This document shows positions 42,916-56,619 of a stretch of DNA of 64,000 bases, piece after piece. The notes beneath the pieces are model-generated. The model was not told where the DNA came from and ran no database searches. It saw only the letters and a program-made list of their open reading frames with translations. Origin of the DNA: Epithemia pelagica (Eukaryota; Protista; Bacillariophyta); contig OX337233.1 in the NCBI GenBank assembly GCA_946965045.2, forward strand, positions 3,720,001-3,784,000. The letters are read 5' to 3'. Made by a program: the position numbers and the translations under genes. Each line of letters starts with the position of its first letter. Within the stretch, counting starts at the first letter, position 1.

Positions 42916-45240
42916 ATGGCATCGGTCACAGTTCACGTGGATACACAAGTCTTGCAGCAAGATTACTGGAATCTCGTGAGGCCAAGCCCGAACCAGAGTA
43001 ACAAAAAGGACAACAAGGCGCCAATACCCGAAACCAATGAGCCATGCTTGATTGGATCCATTCATCAAGGCACGGCTCATACACGATTTCTCCTCATTAC
43101 CAGTCGAGGCCGCGTGGCCGCCAGTGCCATTACCGAATTGGATCAAGTGTATTATCCATCCAGCAGCAGTAGCAGCGACGATCAACCACAACAAGACCGA
43201 CAGGGATGGCATGAACAAGATGCCTTGGAAATTGTCTATTCCGTCCAAGCCGTCATTCAAGAATTGGGCATGGTGTTGCGGCACAAGCATGGGTTGGATT
43301 TGCAATCACGACCACTGCGGGCTTTGGGGATTACCCATCAACGCGAAACCACCATTGCGTGGGATCACGAGACGGGCATTCCCTATTACAATGCCATTGT
43401 CTGGGACGATACCCGAACGCAGCCCATTGCCCACGCCATGGCACAGGGCAATCCCGATTGTTTGCGGCACCGGACTGGCTTGCCCTGTGCGGCCTACTTT
43501 GTCGGTACCAAGGTCAAGTGGTTGCTCGACCATGTTCCGGCCCTTCAAGACGATTTGCAAAACCCGCACCGACGGTCCCAGGTACGGTTTGGAACGGTCG
43601 ATACCTGGTTGATTTATCAATTGACGGGCCGGCCCGTTCCGCACCACGCGCAAGATGTCGCCATTGCCTGTCAAGGACAGTTCCTCACCGATGTCACCAA
43701 TGCCAGTCGATGGTTGTTTCTCGACTTGACATCCAACACGCATCAGTGGGATCCCGACTTGGTCCACCACGTGTGTGCGCCCCACGTTTTGCCCCTGGAA
43801 ACGTGTTTGCCCCAAATTTGTCCCAGTGTGCACCAGTTTGGGACCGTGGGCGGTGAACACTCTCATGAGGAGCCAGGCAAGAGGAACCCCTCCGCTCAGG
43901 ACAATGATTACGAGAGCGACCGTGAGAGCCACCATGACGACAACGACGACGATGACGGCTTTGCCTTTGTACGGGGCGTTCCCATTGCGTCGGTCATGGG
44001 CGATCAACAAGCCGCTCTCTTTGGTCATGCCGCCTTTGACAAGGGAGATGCCAAAAACACGTATGGTTCCGCCTTGTTCCTCATGATGAATACCGGAACC
44101 GAGCCCTTAAGATCGTCTCGGCTCTTGACCACCATTGCCTACCAATTGGGGGCGGATCAACCCGTCCATTACGCCCTCGAGGGCGGCGTGTCGCATTGTG
44201 GGAGTACCATTCAATGGCTCAAGACGCAATTGCAAATTATTCCGTCCGCCTCCGAGACCGAAGCCTTGGCCACACGACGGAACGATGGTCTGTACTTTGT
44301 ACCCGCCTTTGCGGGCTTGTTTGCCCCCCGATGGCGGCCCGATGCGCGGGCCTGTTTGTTTGGCTTGACCACGTCGCATCACAAGGGACACTTGTGTCGG
44401 GCCGCCTTGGAAGCACCGGCCTATCAAACACGAGAAATCTTTGATGCCATTGTCGAAAGTAGCAGTAGCAGTGGTTCGAACAGCCAGCAGGGTTCCAAGA
44501 CCAACCATCAGGCCATGACGACATTGCAGTCCTCCTTGGACGACGACAGTGCTGCGGGCATTCAATTGCAATCCCTCAAAGTGGATGGAGGCGGTACCGC
44601 CAATCAACTCATGATGCAGTTTCAAGCAGACATGGTCCGAGTACCCGTCGAAAAGCATGTCGTCAAGGAAGTCGCCTGTTTGGGAGTGGCCTTTTGTGCC
44701 GGATTGGGAACCGGCGTTTGGCACTCGTTGGATGAAATCAAGGCCTTGTGGTCCAATTCGAAAATTTACTATCATCCCCAAATGTCGGATCAAGAACGCG
44801 ACCACAATTGGAACGGCTGGAACAAGGCTGTCACCAAAAGTTTGGGATGGATCGATTGTAGTAGAAGCGGACTCATGGAGGAACCAGGAGCGGACGAGGA
44901 TGCTGCCAAGGAGAAGGAAACGGAGACGGTCAATGGAGTCATGAAAACCGCAAACAAGGACTCGTTGTTTTGTGTCCAAGCAGAGCTTGTGGCCCCATCC
45001 ATTCCAGAGGCATATGAGCATGGCGACAAAGATTCCTCCACGACCAACAACAATCCTGACACTCATACCGTCGACGACAAATCCATTCTCACCGACGATA
45101 CCAGTTCTCTGTTGTCTTGGTGGTTTCCGGCCTCTTACCGGGGACGACAAGCATCCTTGGCCTTGTGTTCGGCGACTGCCTTTTGTGTGAGTGTGGCGGT
45201 AGGAGCCATGTTTTTGCCATACCGTGGACGGAAACTCTAA
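42916..45240 (+). CDS. Glycerol kinase-like FGGY-family protein with C-terminal hydrophobic tail (774 aa)
   Basis: GITHQRET, GTVDTWLIYQLTG, TDVTNASR, GDQQAALFG, KNTYG, YALEGG, FVPAFAGLFAP, LKVDGG..ANQLMMQFQAD. The N-terminal DQGT motif reads HQGT. Confidence 0.88.
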   Translation: MASVTVHVDTQVLQQDYWNLVRPSPNQSNKKDNKAPIPETNEPCLIGSIHQGTAHTRFLLITSRGRVAASAITELDQVYYPSSSSSSDDQPQQDRQGWHEQDALEIVYSVQAVIQELGMVLRHKHGLDLQSRPLRALGITHQRETTIAWDHETGIPYYNAIVWDDTRTQPIAHAMAQGNPDCLRHRTGLPCAAYFVGTKVKWLLDHVPALQDDLQNPHRRSQVRFGTVDTWLIYQLTGRPVPHHAQDVAIACQGQFLTDVTNASRWLFLDLTSNTHQWDPDLVHHVCAPHVLPLETCLPQICPSVHQFGTVGGEHSHEEPGKRNPSAQDNDYESDRESHHDDNDDDDGFAFVRGVPIASVMGDQQAALFGHAAFDKGDAKNTYGSALFLMMNTGTEPLRSSRLLTTIAYQLGADQPVHYALEGGVSHCGSTIQWLKTQLQIIPSASETEALATRRNDGLYFVPAFAGLFAPRWRPDARACLFGLTTSHHKGHLCRAALEAPAYQTREIFDAIVESSSSSGSNSQQGSKTNHQAMTTLQSSLDDDSAAGIQLQSLKVDGGGTANQLMMQFQADMVRVPVEKHVVKEVACLGVAFCAGLGTGVWHSLDEIKALWSNSKIYYHPQMSDQERDHNWNGWNKAVTKSLGWIDCSRSGLMEEPGADEDAAKEKETETVNGVMKTANKDSLFCVQAELVAPSIPEAYEHGDKDSSTTNNNPDTHTVDDKSILTDDTSSLLSWWFPASYRGRQASLALCSATAFCVSVAVGAMFLPYRGRKL

Positions 45241-45999
45241 TCCTCATGTCACGGCAACACAAATCCAATGTTCTCCTCATGTCGGACACGGGAGGAACAA
45301 CCCACATCACCCATCCAGGTCGGCCTTTCCCACAGGACAAAATGGCATTGATGCTCCGGCCCTTTTGTCAGTCTCGTCAAAGTTTTTCATTTCAGAGTCC
45401 TTAGAGTTATTGCACCGCCCCAGAGAGAGTTATTTGAGTATTTGATTCAGAGGAGTTGTCTGTCATGTCAGAGTCATTCCAGTTGTTTCCATCACCCCAA
45501 GAGTTGTTTATGCTTTGTTTTCGTCGTTTCCCGGATTGTATCGAAAGAGCGTTTGGTTGTTGATCGAGTTAAAGTAAATACACACAAGACATACATACCA
45601 AGCAAGGCGCAATTTCAGTTAGAAAGGCGAGAGTTGTTGGTTTTCAACTCCATAGTCCATGACGAACAACTCAACAATTCGATTGGAGATCAGTCACAGT
45701 ACCTGACCATCCTGGGAGTGCGTACTCTTCAGACAATGGCAGTCTTTTGGTGCGACCTATGCAGTCTAGGTAGCACCTATACTTAGAGTTGTTCCATATC
45801 CCATGGATGCCGTCAGGGTCGGAGAGGTCCAACGAACACAGTGTCCCGTTCGTCCTGTCGAAGCAAACATCGGCGAATACTGCTATGCTCGCGGCTTGGA
45901 ACGTGCTGGATCTCATGTTGTTCCTGGACGTCTCGTTCGGGTGCCACAGAACACCCTCCCTTTTTGGCAAAGTTCCGCTCTAGACAAGACACACCACGA

Positions 46000-47935
46000 C
46001 GGCATTCCATTCTCGTCGCCCTCATGGTGCCGTCTATTCGACCAAACGGTTTCTCTTGTGCACGTTAAAGGGAAGGATTGCCGCATCCGCCATTACACAA
46101 GTACGCCAAATGTATTATCCGGGAGACGCTCGCAAGCAAGGGTGGCAGGAACAGGATCCACTGGAACTCTACCGTTCTGTCAAGATTGTCGTTCAAGCCG
46201 TGGGAGACGAACTCAAGGTGCACCATGGTAGTATATTGACTTGAGCAAACATCAGTTGGCGGCGATTGGCATTACCAATCCGCGCGAAACGGTCATTGCT
46301 TGGAATCGTACCACTGGAATCCCCTACTACTACAAGGCCATTGTGTGGGACGATAGCCGTACTCAAGGAATAGTGACTGAGATTTCCATGGGGGGATCAT
46401 GATCGACTTGGCGATAAAACGGGTCTGCCATTGGCATCCTCTGTTTTATGGGCAGTAAGGTCAAGTGGATGCTGGAAAACGTCCAAGCTTTGCGAAATGA
46501 CCTCCAAGACCGCGAGGAACAGCGAAACGTCTGTTTTGGAACAGTCGATTCATGGATTATTTATCAATTGACCGACAAGCCCGCGGCATCTCGAAAGGAT
46601 GCAATCCATGCGAGAGGCCACTTCCGGACCGATGGGTCCAACGCCTCTCGCTGGCTGTTCATGGACCTCGGCACCGCCCAATGGGATTCCGACTTGATCC
46701 ATGACATTGGTACGCCCTATACCATGTGCCACTGTCATGCTTGCCTCAGATCCTCCATCCCAGCTGTTCCAATTTTGGGATCTGCCGCAGCGGCCCCGGC
46801 GTCTCCGAGTACCTCCAGGGTGTGCGCGTTTCCGCCGTGTGGGGCGACCAACAAGCTGTCTTGTTGGGACACGCGGCCTTTTCCGCCGGACATGCCAAAA
46901 CTACCCATGGATCCGCCTTTTGTTCTTGATGATGAATACCGCCGGAACCAAGCCATTGCGAACGGAGCGCCTTGTGACAACCGTGGCGTACCAGCTGGGA
47001 CCGGATCAGCCCATTCATTATGCGGTGGAAGGCGGTCTTTGGCATTGTGCAAGTACCATTCCATGGCTTTGTCATTCATTGCAAATAAATGATCCCCACG
47101 ACACCCGAGGAGACGGAACCCTTGGCCACGCGGCGGAACCATGGCTTGTACTTTGTACCCGCCTTTTGTGGGCTTGTTTGCCCCCCAATGGCGACCCGAT
47201 GGTCGGGCCTGTTGGTTGGGCTGGACGACTTGGCATGACTAGGGACATGTGTGTGTGTGTCGTGCTGCCCTCCAAGCACCGACCCGTGAAATCGGGCAAG
47301 CCATGGTGGAGAGTAGTAGCAGCAGCAGCAGCAGCTGCAGTCGTAACCCAAACGAGGTCAACACTTGTGTGTGCGACGCAGCCCTCCCTGGAAGTGACAT
47401 GTCTCCAGGTGGATGGTGGTGGTACAGAACACAAACTCATAACAATTTCCGGCCGATATTCTCCATGTTCCAGTCATCCCACATGCCGCCGTCACCAAGG
47501 AACTTGCCAGTCTCGGTGTCGCCTCTTGCGCCGGTCTGGCCCGTGGCGTGTGGAAGGACGTAAAAGTCCAAGACTTGAGAAGAATCCCACGTCCAAAACT
47601 CGATCTACACCCCACCACATGTCCCTTCCAGAACGTACCGTCCATTGGAATGGATGGAACAAGGCGGTTTGCAAGAGTTTGGAATGTGCCGTCCTATGGG
47701 TGATACTAAAGATTGTACCAGTCTGGATGCACCATCATCTGGCGACGACGACGATGGAACGAAACCACACTGGTTGGCCCCGAATGCCCCCCATTCACTG
47801 ATGGGGCACGACGATTCCACCATTTTCGTCTGGCGATTGACCGTCCTGTGGCTTTCTTCCGTGACAGCCTTTCGTCTGAGCGTTGCCGTGGGTGCCGTGC
47901 TGATGCGTCCGCATCAGGATCCTCATCATCCTTGA
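46000..47935 (+). pseudogene. Decayed tandem paralog of the glycerol kinase-like gene
   Basis: Collinear motif remnants (GRIAASAIT, QGWQEQDPLE, GTVDSWIIYQLT, TDGSNASRWLF, GDQQAVLLG, LQVDGGG, HWNGWNKAV, TM tail) scattered over frames with stops and indels. Confidence 0.88.
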
Positions 47936-48790
47936 ATTCCTTGTAGGTATATATAGTCTCATATTCCAATCATGCTTTCTCTCACCATCCTTCCAGTACA
48001 AGTGGACTGGAAATACCATACAATCACCACCAACACACACCACGTATTTATTCACAGACACTTGCAATCAAGAAATTCGAACCATGTTTCTCGTTCTTCG
48101 AATCGGTTTGCTGTATCTAGAATGGACCTCCGGGACTGTGAGATTTCTGGTTCGTCTGGTTGGTACTGCTGGGCTTTTGGAATGTTGTCCATGGTTTGGT
48201 AGGATGGAGAACTAGATATATCGTGAGAACACACGCGCGCGGTTGCCCAACGGACCGCCAGTGTGGAATGGTTGTGGTGTGTGTTCCTCTGGTTCGTTGT
48301 CGTTGTCGTTGGTTGTGGTCGTCGTCATGGTTTTTCTCTCTCTCCATTCGGGGGGGAAAATTTGCGAAGGGACGACGGACGACGGACCGACAGAGAATCG
48401 AAGGACGGACTGATCCTTACGGACAGACAGACAGACAGAAGGATTTCATGATGTTCTTGATGACGTCATAGAGGGACAGAGATGACGTCATACCTGACGC
48501 GGAACCATCGTCATCACTTCCTCTGTTATCTTTTGATGTCTTCAAGATCCATGAAGGTTTCTCGCTCCAACCAAGAGAGAAGAGAGAGAAGTCTACCAAA
48601 ACCTTGCACAGAAGAGGAGGATACACGAACGAAAGAGAGAGAGAGAGAGAGAGTCTTGTTCCGAAAACGAATATAACATCTGCAAGCTCCAAAAGATCCA
48701 AGACCTGTCTTGATTCAATCCCCCAAAGAAGAAGAGCTCATTGAGTTTCAGCCAAACCACATTGAACCCAGTCGCTGCACACTCTCTACC

Positions 48791-50588
48791 ATGATGTCGT
48801 CCTTGTATCACCGGTTGTGGGTGTCGTCGTCATCATCAGTATCCTTGTCGAAACGAGCCATTCGATCCGTATCAACATCGCTGTCGTCGCACCGGAAAAG
48901 GATTGTTCCATCCTCATGGAAGAGTGGTGCATCGTCACTGCTCCTCGGGCAGCCGCAAGACAGTGGCCGTCGTGCCTTTTCAACAAGCAGCAAAAAGGAA
49001 ACCACCGAACAACAAGCCCCACCAGAGGACACTGTTCCCTCCAATACCAACAACAATACCAACAATACCACGGCATTGCCCATTTCCTTTGCTGACATTT
49101 CCCGGGCCGAAGTGTCGATTCGAGGCGGAGTGAAACGTACCCCGTGCGATTATTCGCCCTTTTTGAGCGAAGTGGTCGGGGCCGACGTATATTTGAAGCA
49201 TGAATTTCGACAATTTACCGGATCCTTCAAGGAACGCGGCGCCCGCAATGCCATTTTGCAATTGCTCCAACAGACCAACAACCAAAAAGTCAAGGGCGTC
49301 ATTGCCGCCAGTGCCGGCAATCATGCCCAAGCCTTGGCCTATCATGGACAACAATTGGGTGTGGCGGCCACCGTCGTCATGCCCACGACCGCGCCCATTG
49401 CCAAGGTGGACAAGTGTCGGGTACGTATATACGTCCGTTTCCGTCACATCTTTCTCTCTCTCTCTCTCTACGATACGATACGATACTATTTGCGCACAAT
49501 CGTATACAAAACTGTGCAACTTACATGGTTCCATGTTCTTGTTTTTATTGTTCTCGCTGTGTGTTTTTTTCTGTGTTGCTATTATTGTTCATGATTGGGA
49601 TACAATTCGATCTTGAAATGCTGTTGTTTGGTTCTTGTTTTGTTGTTGTTCTTGTTTTGTTTTGGTTGTTACACAGAAATTTGGAGCCCGTGTCATTTTG
49701 CACGGTCAACACATTGGGGAAGCCAAGGACCATGCCGATACCTTGGTCGAACAAGAGGGTTTGAATTACATTAATGGTTATGACGATCCCGCCATTTTGG
49801 CCGGGGCCGGAACGATTGGGATTGAAATTATGGACGATGTCCCAAATGTCGATGTCGTGGTGGTTCCCATTGGCGGCGCCGGTCTCATTGCCGGTGTGTC
49901 CTGTGCCATTAAAACGTTGAAACCGGAAACTCAAGTGATTGGCGTCGAACCAGCCTATTGTGCCTCCTACACGGCCGCACTCCGAGCCGGCAAACCCGTT
50001 CCGGCGCCCTTTACCCCCACCTTGGCCGATGGCCTGGCGGTTCCGATTGTCGGTCCTCATGCCTTTGAGGTGGCTCGTCATTACGTCGATGAATGTGTCT
50101 TGTCGAGTGAAAAATGCATTGCCTTGGCCGTCTTGAGGTTGTTGGAAAATGAAAAAATGGTCGTGGAAGGCGGCGGTGCCGCCGGCTTGGCCGCCTTGTT
50201 GCCCGGCGGACCCTTGGATCGTGCCAATATCAAGGGCCAGACGATTGTCGTGCCATTGTGTGGTGGCAACATTGATACGACGGTGTTGGGTCGCGTCATG
50301 GACCGCGGTTTGGCGGCCGACGAACGCTTGATTCAATTTCATGCCACCGTCTCGGATCGGCCCGGCGGCATTGCCAAATTGACGGACTTGCTCAGTACCC
50401 AAGGCGCCAGTATCAAGGATATTTACCACGAACGAGCCTGGTTGCATTCCTCCGTCGATCAAGTCAAGGTCCGTTGTGTTGTGGAATTGCAAGGTCGCGA
50501 TCATGGACAACAATTGAAACGAGCCCTGGAACAAGCTGGATATCCCATTGAATGGGATACAACGACTACAACGACCCGGTCGACTTAA
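48791..50588 (+). CDS. ilvA: Threonine dehydratase (PLP fold II) with one C-terminal ACT domain; intron 49421-49676; probable mitochondrial presequence
   Basis: QFTGSFKERGA (PLP Lys), ASAGNHAQ, VPIGGAGLIAG, EGGGAAG, LCGGNID, ACT-like DRPGGIAKL. In-frame GT-AG splice. Confidence 0.93.
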
Positions 50589-50944
50589 GCACAAACACCA
50601 TCACCACAACGACAAGGTATACACACACACACCACAAGCGGTACCAAAAAAGCGAACAACGCAACCGACGGAATTGCCGTGCCACCCACCGATTCGAAGG
50701 ACAACACACACATAGATGTGGACCAAGGAATACGAAATGGCCCTTGGACGAGACTTGAGCACCTCTCCCCAAAGGAACAAGAAGAAACAGAAGAAAAAGA
50801 AGAAGAAGAAGAAGACAGACAGACAGACTGTGACGGGGTGGACCTTTTTTGTTTCTTGATCCGTATTGGCTCGTCCCTCTACAGAGTCTAGATACCACCA
50901 AACCTACTCCCTCCATCGATCCATCCATCCGTTACGCGGTGCGC

Positions 50945-50967
50945 ACACACACATACACACACAAACT

Positions 50968-50998
<31 letters not shown>

Positions 50999-51060
50999 CC
51001 CAATCATAATCTACAATGAGGAACACCACCAAACGAAGAGAGAGAGAGAGAGAGAGAAAG
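50945..51060. repeat. (CA)n and (GA)n microsatellite cluster
   Basis: Directly visible. Confidence 0.85.
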
Positions 51061-52577
51061 ACCGAGAATGAATCAAACCCAACGAATAACACCTCTTGGT
51101 AGAGAAGAAGTCGACAAGTGCATGTCATAGATACTACTATAGATACTTGCCCGCATCTACTACTTGGAGTCGTAGGGAAAATAGAGTCCAGCGGTAAGCG
51201 GCAATCCACAGTCCGGTTTCGTACGGATATCCCTACGATAGTCACGCCGAAAATTCTCTCCGCGTCCCCTGCTGCCGCCTACTTGGCTGTTCCTGCTCCT
51301 CGGTCGTTTGGACCTCTATGGAACGCAGTTGGAACGCAGTGGGATATGAATGAAATGACTGTTGAATCAGAATAAGAAAAATATTGGATCCACAAAAGTA
51401 ATCCATTGTCCCGACGATAGAATCCTAAAACGCTACCTACCCTTTCTTCTCGTCGAATGAGCTCTTGCGAAATGGAATTCTCAAGGACAAGAAAGCTGTG
51501 TATTGGATATACAATGCTATCGTTTGGTCCGTCCGTGTGGAGACTTACTGCAATCTGAGAAAGAAAAGCTATACTCTAGAGAGATTAGGCTTGTGCTGCT
51601 GTGACCAAGAACTCGTGCACATTACGATACTCTGGATGGACAGCTGTATGGTTGGAAACGAACGAATAACAGGAGAAAGACTGGCACGCAATCAATGGGT
51701 TCCAGAACATCATCACTTGGCTTGGCATCACTGTTGCTGCTAGCAATCATCCAATACTGCAGCCCAACCGACGAGGCAAATCAAGATTCTTGCATTCTCG
51801 ACACGCAAAAAGGTACCGACCCAGATATATATATGTCAGGAAACGTTGCCCATCCGGTTCTCCTACGAAAAATGGTTTGTCGAATGTTGTCGTGCAGACC
51901 TCGATCTGGATTCCCCCGGAGATACCGTATTCAGTATTCATTCGCCCTCATCCACACACGGAGAGGAGAGTTGTGTGTGGTTTGTGCGCTTCGGACAATT
52001 TTGACTGGATTGTCTTGTCGCCTCACTCTTGACAGCTTGACTGGCAGTGCGCGCACCTCATTCGTGATTTACTCGGAGAAGAACTCCATTCCTGACTCGC
52101 GTGCGGAAACCGTTGTACCAGCGGACAACGGATGGACACGATTGGCATGGACCAAGAGACGGGACTCGCCCGGTGAATGTGAATGTGGCAGCAAGAACAC
52201 TACACACCACAAAAAGCTCTTTGCTGCTCTCGGTTGGACTCTTTTGTGGCGCACCTGTGTGATTGTTGTTGGATCGACTCTCTCCTGTCTTCTTCTTGGA
52301 AAGCCATCCTCATCCTTTGGTTCGCTTTGGTGAAAGCTTTGAAACATTCCATAGTACCACGCTTGCTATCGTCTCGACAACCATATCGGCTTTAGTTTGA
52401 CCACTTCTATTTTCACAAGACTCGACTCTTTCCGATCCATTTCATCACACACCTTTTTGGAACGACCACTACTACTACACTTGAAAAACAAAAGATAGTA
52501 CAAGGAAACAACAACAACAACAACAAACTCTCGCTCTCTCTCTCTTTACGGGCCCTATTCTTTGGTAGGCAACCAAC

Positions 52578-54259
52578 ATGACCGCCCAACCCGCAGCCGC
52601 CGCACCCACTTCGGGATGTGGACCCTTGGCCTCCAATCCCTTGTTTCGTCCCCGCAACAACAACACAAACAATTCTACAACGTCGTCGCCCTTGGATTTG
52701 TGGCGCATTTTGTTGGGCAATTGTTATTATTGCGAATTGTACGATGCGTCGTCGTCCACTGTCGTGAACAAACCCCACTTTGGGTTTGGATCACAGCATT
52801 CCAAGGCGATGCAATTTGTCGAATTGCAAGGGATTCGATACATTGGATTGGGCAGCATGGCGGATGAATTGACGCCCCGCGAACGCGTCTATGATACCCT
52901 CGAACAATTGACGGATCGACCGGAACGATTGCTCAATATTGGATACATGGTTACTCAACCCAACAACAACAACACTACGGACAAGACGAACCAAACGACA
53001 CGACAGTCGACGACGACTCGAGCGACCAGCAACCCTCCGACGACGACGACCACAACGACGCAAACCATTCCTCTCGATGTCTGGAATACCAATGTCTCTC
53101 CGCAAGATACCAATCCTCTCGATCGACAAGTGCAACAATTGGTCAATCTCATCATGGTACGTACACCAACCACACACAATGCAGTCTGTACGGCAGTCTG
53201 TACGAGAGGATGCAGTCTGTCTCTGTATTGTGTGTCACGCGTGGGTCTCTGACACACATTCACACACTCTCTCTCTTTTTTCTCTTACTCGATTCATACG
53301 TTCTTTAGACCAAGGATTATGCCAATGCCAAGATTTTTTTGCGAACGCAATTGACGCAATTGAAAAAGAAGTGGAATCAAGGACACAATCGGTATTTGGC
53401 GGGCATTACGGCGCACAATTTGGCCGTGGTCCATACCTTGGCCGTCTTGCAAGACGACCATGCCGATGACGCCGAAGAAAAGCATTCGGACCATCAAGAC
53501 GATCCCGTCGATTTGTTTCGACAAGCCATTCAGATCAAGGAATTGGCCTTTGGATCGTGTCATTTTGAAGTGGCCTACAGTTACGATGAATTGGGCATTC
53601 AATTGTATGCTCACAATCAATTTGAAATGGCCCTCCAAGCCTTTTCTCAAGCCCAAACCATTCGATTGCAATGGCACGAACAACAACAACAGTCTGTGCC
53701 ACACGGAGGAGGAGACACGAGCAAGACCTTGTCGTTGACCAAGACGACGGCCATTCCCTTGTCGTCATCGACAGCTTCCCACCAACCCATTCCCTTGACG
53801 GGTCAAGGAGTCGACATGGTGCTCAACAATATTGCCTGTTGCAAATTTCAACTCAAACACTACAAGGCCGCCTTGCAAACTCTTCAAGAAGCGCTCATGG
53901 TACAACAACAACAACAGCAGCAGCAGCAGCAACAAGAACAACCACCCTCCAAAGAACACTTGACCGCGTCCCGGTCACAGGAGGCTCCGGCTCCCGTCTT
54001 GTCGTCCTCCTTGTCCTCCTCCTCCTCGTCGGGTCTCGACCACAGTCCGAAAATTCCGCAAGATTTGGATTTGCTCCATCGTGCCATTCTCATGTGCAAT
54101 TGTGGCTATTTGCATCTCTGTCTCAAATCCTATGAAGACGCCCGATCCATTTTGGAAGAAGCCTTGTTGATTCAACAATCGGTCTTGCTAGATGAAGGAC
54201 ATCGGGCCATTTGCGATACCCGATCCAATCTCGAATTGACCAATGCCTTTCATTTATAA
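52578..54259 (+). CDS. TPR-repeat protein (kinesin-light-chain-like TPRs); intron 53157-53308
   Basis: ATG|GTACGT and TTTAG|ACC join in frame. TPR helices: VAYSYDELGIQLY, VLNNIACCKF, LMCNCGYLHL, CDTRSNL. Confidence 0.8.
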
Positions 54260-54596
54260 AAAGAAACAGAAATGAAGAAGAAGAACACACGGATCCATAT
54301 CATCATCACGAAACCCTAGGGTGAACCGTTTTGTTGTACCGTTTCATCATTCTGGAACTCGGCTTTCCTACTTGTCTTTGTCGTTGTCAAGCAAAAACAG
54401 ATTCTACTACTTGAATCATTATTTCATACGCACTTGTTTCACCTCCAACCACTACTCCCTATTAGTAGTACTATTGTCGTTTTCTCCGGATGGAGCTCTA
54501 CATAGATGAGTGCTGGTACGATTCTAGGACTACATGCAATTCTGCTAATCCCGTTTTCTGCTACAAGAAAGAATTTCTATATATACCAGTAGTCGT

Positions 54597-55495
54597 TCAA
54601 TTGTCTTGTGGATCGGCTCCATGCGAAATGGTTCGAACCCCATCGGCATCGACCACCTTGATGAGGAAATTGGGTTGGGAAATTAAAAATCGTGTTTGCA
54701 ATTCGGCAATGCATTGTTGAATCATGGTCAAGGCTTGTTCCAAGGTCGTTTCCGAAGGCGATTGTGGATAGGCTCGATCCAAGACGGACAAACAAAAATA
54801 GGCCGCATAGCCCTGTGCGCCAAAGGGAACCTTGTGCAAACTGGCCAAATAATCCATGCTGTACAAACTCGCCTTGGCCGTCATCTTGTTGGTCTTGTTG
54901 TCGTCGCCTTCGGTTTCGTCCGAGGACGGCACGAGATCGACACCGCCATACAAGAGATTGACTTGATAGGGTGCTCGTCGCAGGGCTTGGGCCAATTCGT
55001 TGCGGGTAAAGTGCGCTTGTGCATGGACGGTGGGAACCCCGGCACCGGCCTGGCCGGCATCGACATGGGCATTGCCCATGAATTGATACAAGTGCAAATT
55101 CTTGCTAATGTATTGGGAAAAACTGCTCGCATCACACAAGGGACCAGCCACACCCATGAGGCTCGTTTCCGTCATGGGAGCAATCTTGTCCAAATTGGCT
55201 TGCGTCACCATAATGGAAAAGGCATTGCTTTGATCGCACGCCATGACGACTATTCAAACATGGCGAATCAAACAATCGAAAGACAGAGGGTGAGGGACGA
55301 CGTTCCTTCTTCTTCCTGGCACAACAGCACAACAAAGTCCACCCGCACCGAACCAAGAGCACCCGACAAGAGTCCACCGTTTGTTGTTGGAAGGGTTTCC
55401 TTTGTGGATCTACCAAGCGCTTGCTTTGTTGGAACATAGAGACGCCACAAGTACCTACCTCCGCCATTGTATTCGACTCCCAATACAGTATCCAT
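54597..55495 (-). CDS. PSMB2: 20S proteasome subunit beta type-2 (beta 4); intron 55250-55458
   Basis: Spliced N-terminus MDTVLGVEYNGGVVMACDQSNAFSI; AHFTRNELAQALRRAPYQVNLLYGG; MDYLASLHKVPFGAQGYAAYF. Confidence 0.93.
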
Positions 55496-56619
55496 AGTGT
55501 CGTTGGTTTGCTATATATTGTGTGGTTGGTCTTCCCGAAGAGAGAAAGATTTGGGTCGAAGGCCAAAGAGCCTCCCCGCGGCTGTCACACAATCGTTCCG
55601 CGACTAAATCCGTGACCCATTGTCGGGACTCCACAATATATTTTCCCCATGGCGTACAGAATAGGCAAGGTAAGGTTACTGTGCTGCTCTCTCTTGGAAC
55701 TTGAGTGACTCTCGATGAGCCGCAGAGAACAACCAACCAACCAACCAAACCATCCACGCAGTCTCATCTCTAGAGTGCATAATACTACGAGGAGCAATGA
55801 AGTAAAGTGCGAATCGAACCTGCATGGGTTTCGTTGTGGAACCCCCAACCAGAACGAATCGCCGACGAGATGGACGATTGTGGTGTCGCTGCTTTGGCAG
55901 CGCCGCCACTGTTGGGTTCCACACGATGCGCGCGTAACAGCAGGATGTGAGACGTCGTGTGTGTGTTGGTCTGTCATGTATAGAACGATTGAGATGCCGG
56001 CCGGCCTGCCTGTTCCAGGTGTGTGTGCCTCTCGGACGGATTGTGGTGGTTCTGGCAGGAATGTTTATATATATACGACCGGGTTCTTTGGGTTGTGTGT
56101 TTCCCCCGGAAAGTCTTCCGGCCAGGCACTGGGCCTCACCCACAAAAGTCCCTCCAGGTAATGGTCCTTTGGCGGCGCGAGCCAGTGTCGCGAGAATTGT
56201 CCCTCTATATGGAACCACCCTCCAATGGAATATATATATGTCGGCCTGCCAATTTGCCCCACGCAGTGTGATGAATCCCAATCTTACGTCCAACAACCAA
56301 CATACTAATTTGGCACAACCAGCTGTTCGACGCGAGACGGAGACCTTTTGGATCGTGCGCGAAACGGACACACTGGTGCAGCCACTAGCTCTATCTATCG
56401 TCAATCCCAACAAACAGGGGGGTGTGGTGCGAAAACACGATCCACGCTGGTTGGTTGGCTGGTTGGTTGTGGAGAGATCCTGTCCCGTACCATGCACACC
56501 GATTGCTCTGGAGGAGGGACTTTTTGCACCTCTGTGTACGGCTGGTTCCACCCATCCACTCTCTCGCTCCCGAGGGACGACGAGAAACCAACCGACAAGG
56601 CGGACAAGGGTGAAGGATC

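Noticed and set aside
51695-52333. Secreted protein ORF (MGSRTSSLGLASLLLLAII...)
   Set aside because: The signal-like start is plausible, but the rest shows no motif or coding bias and no downstream exon could be identified.
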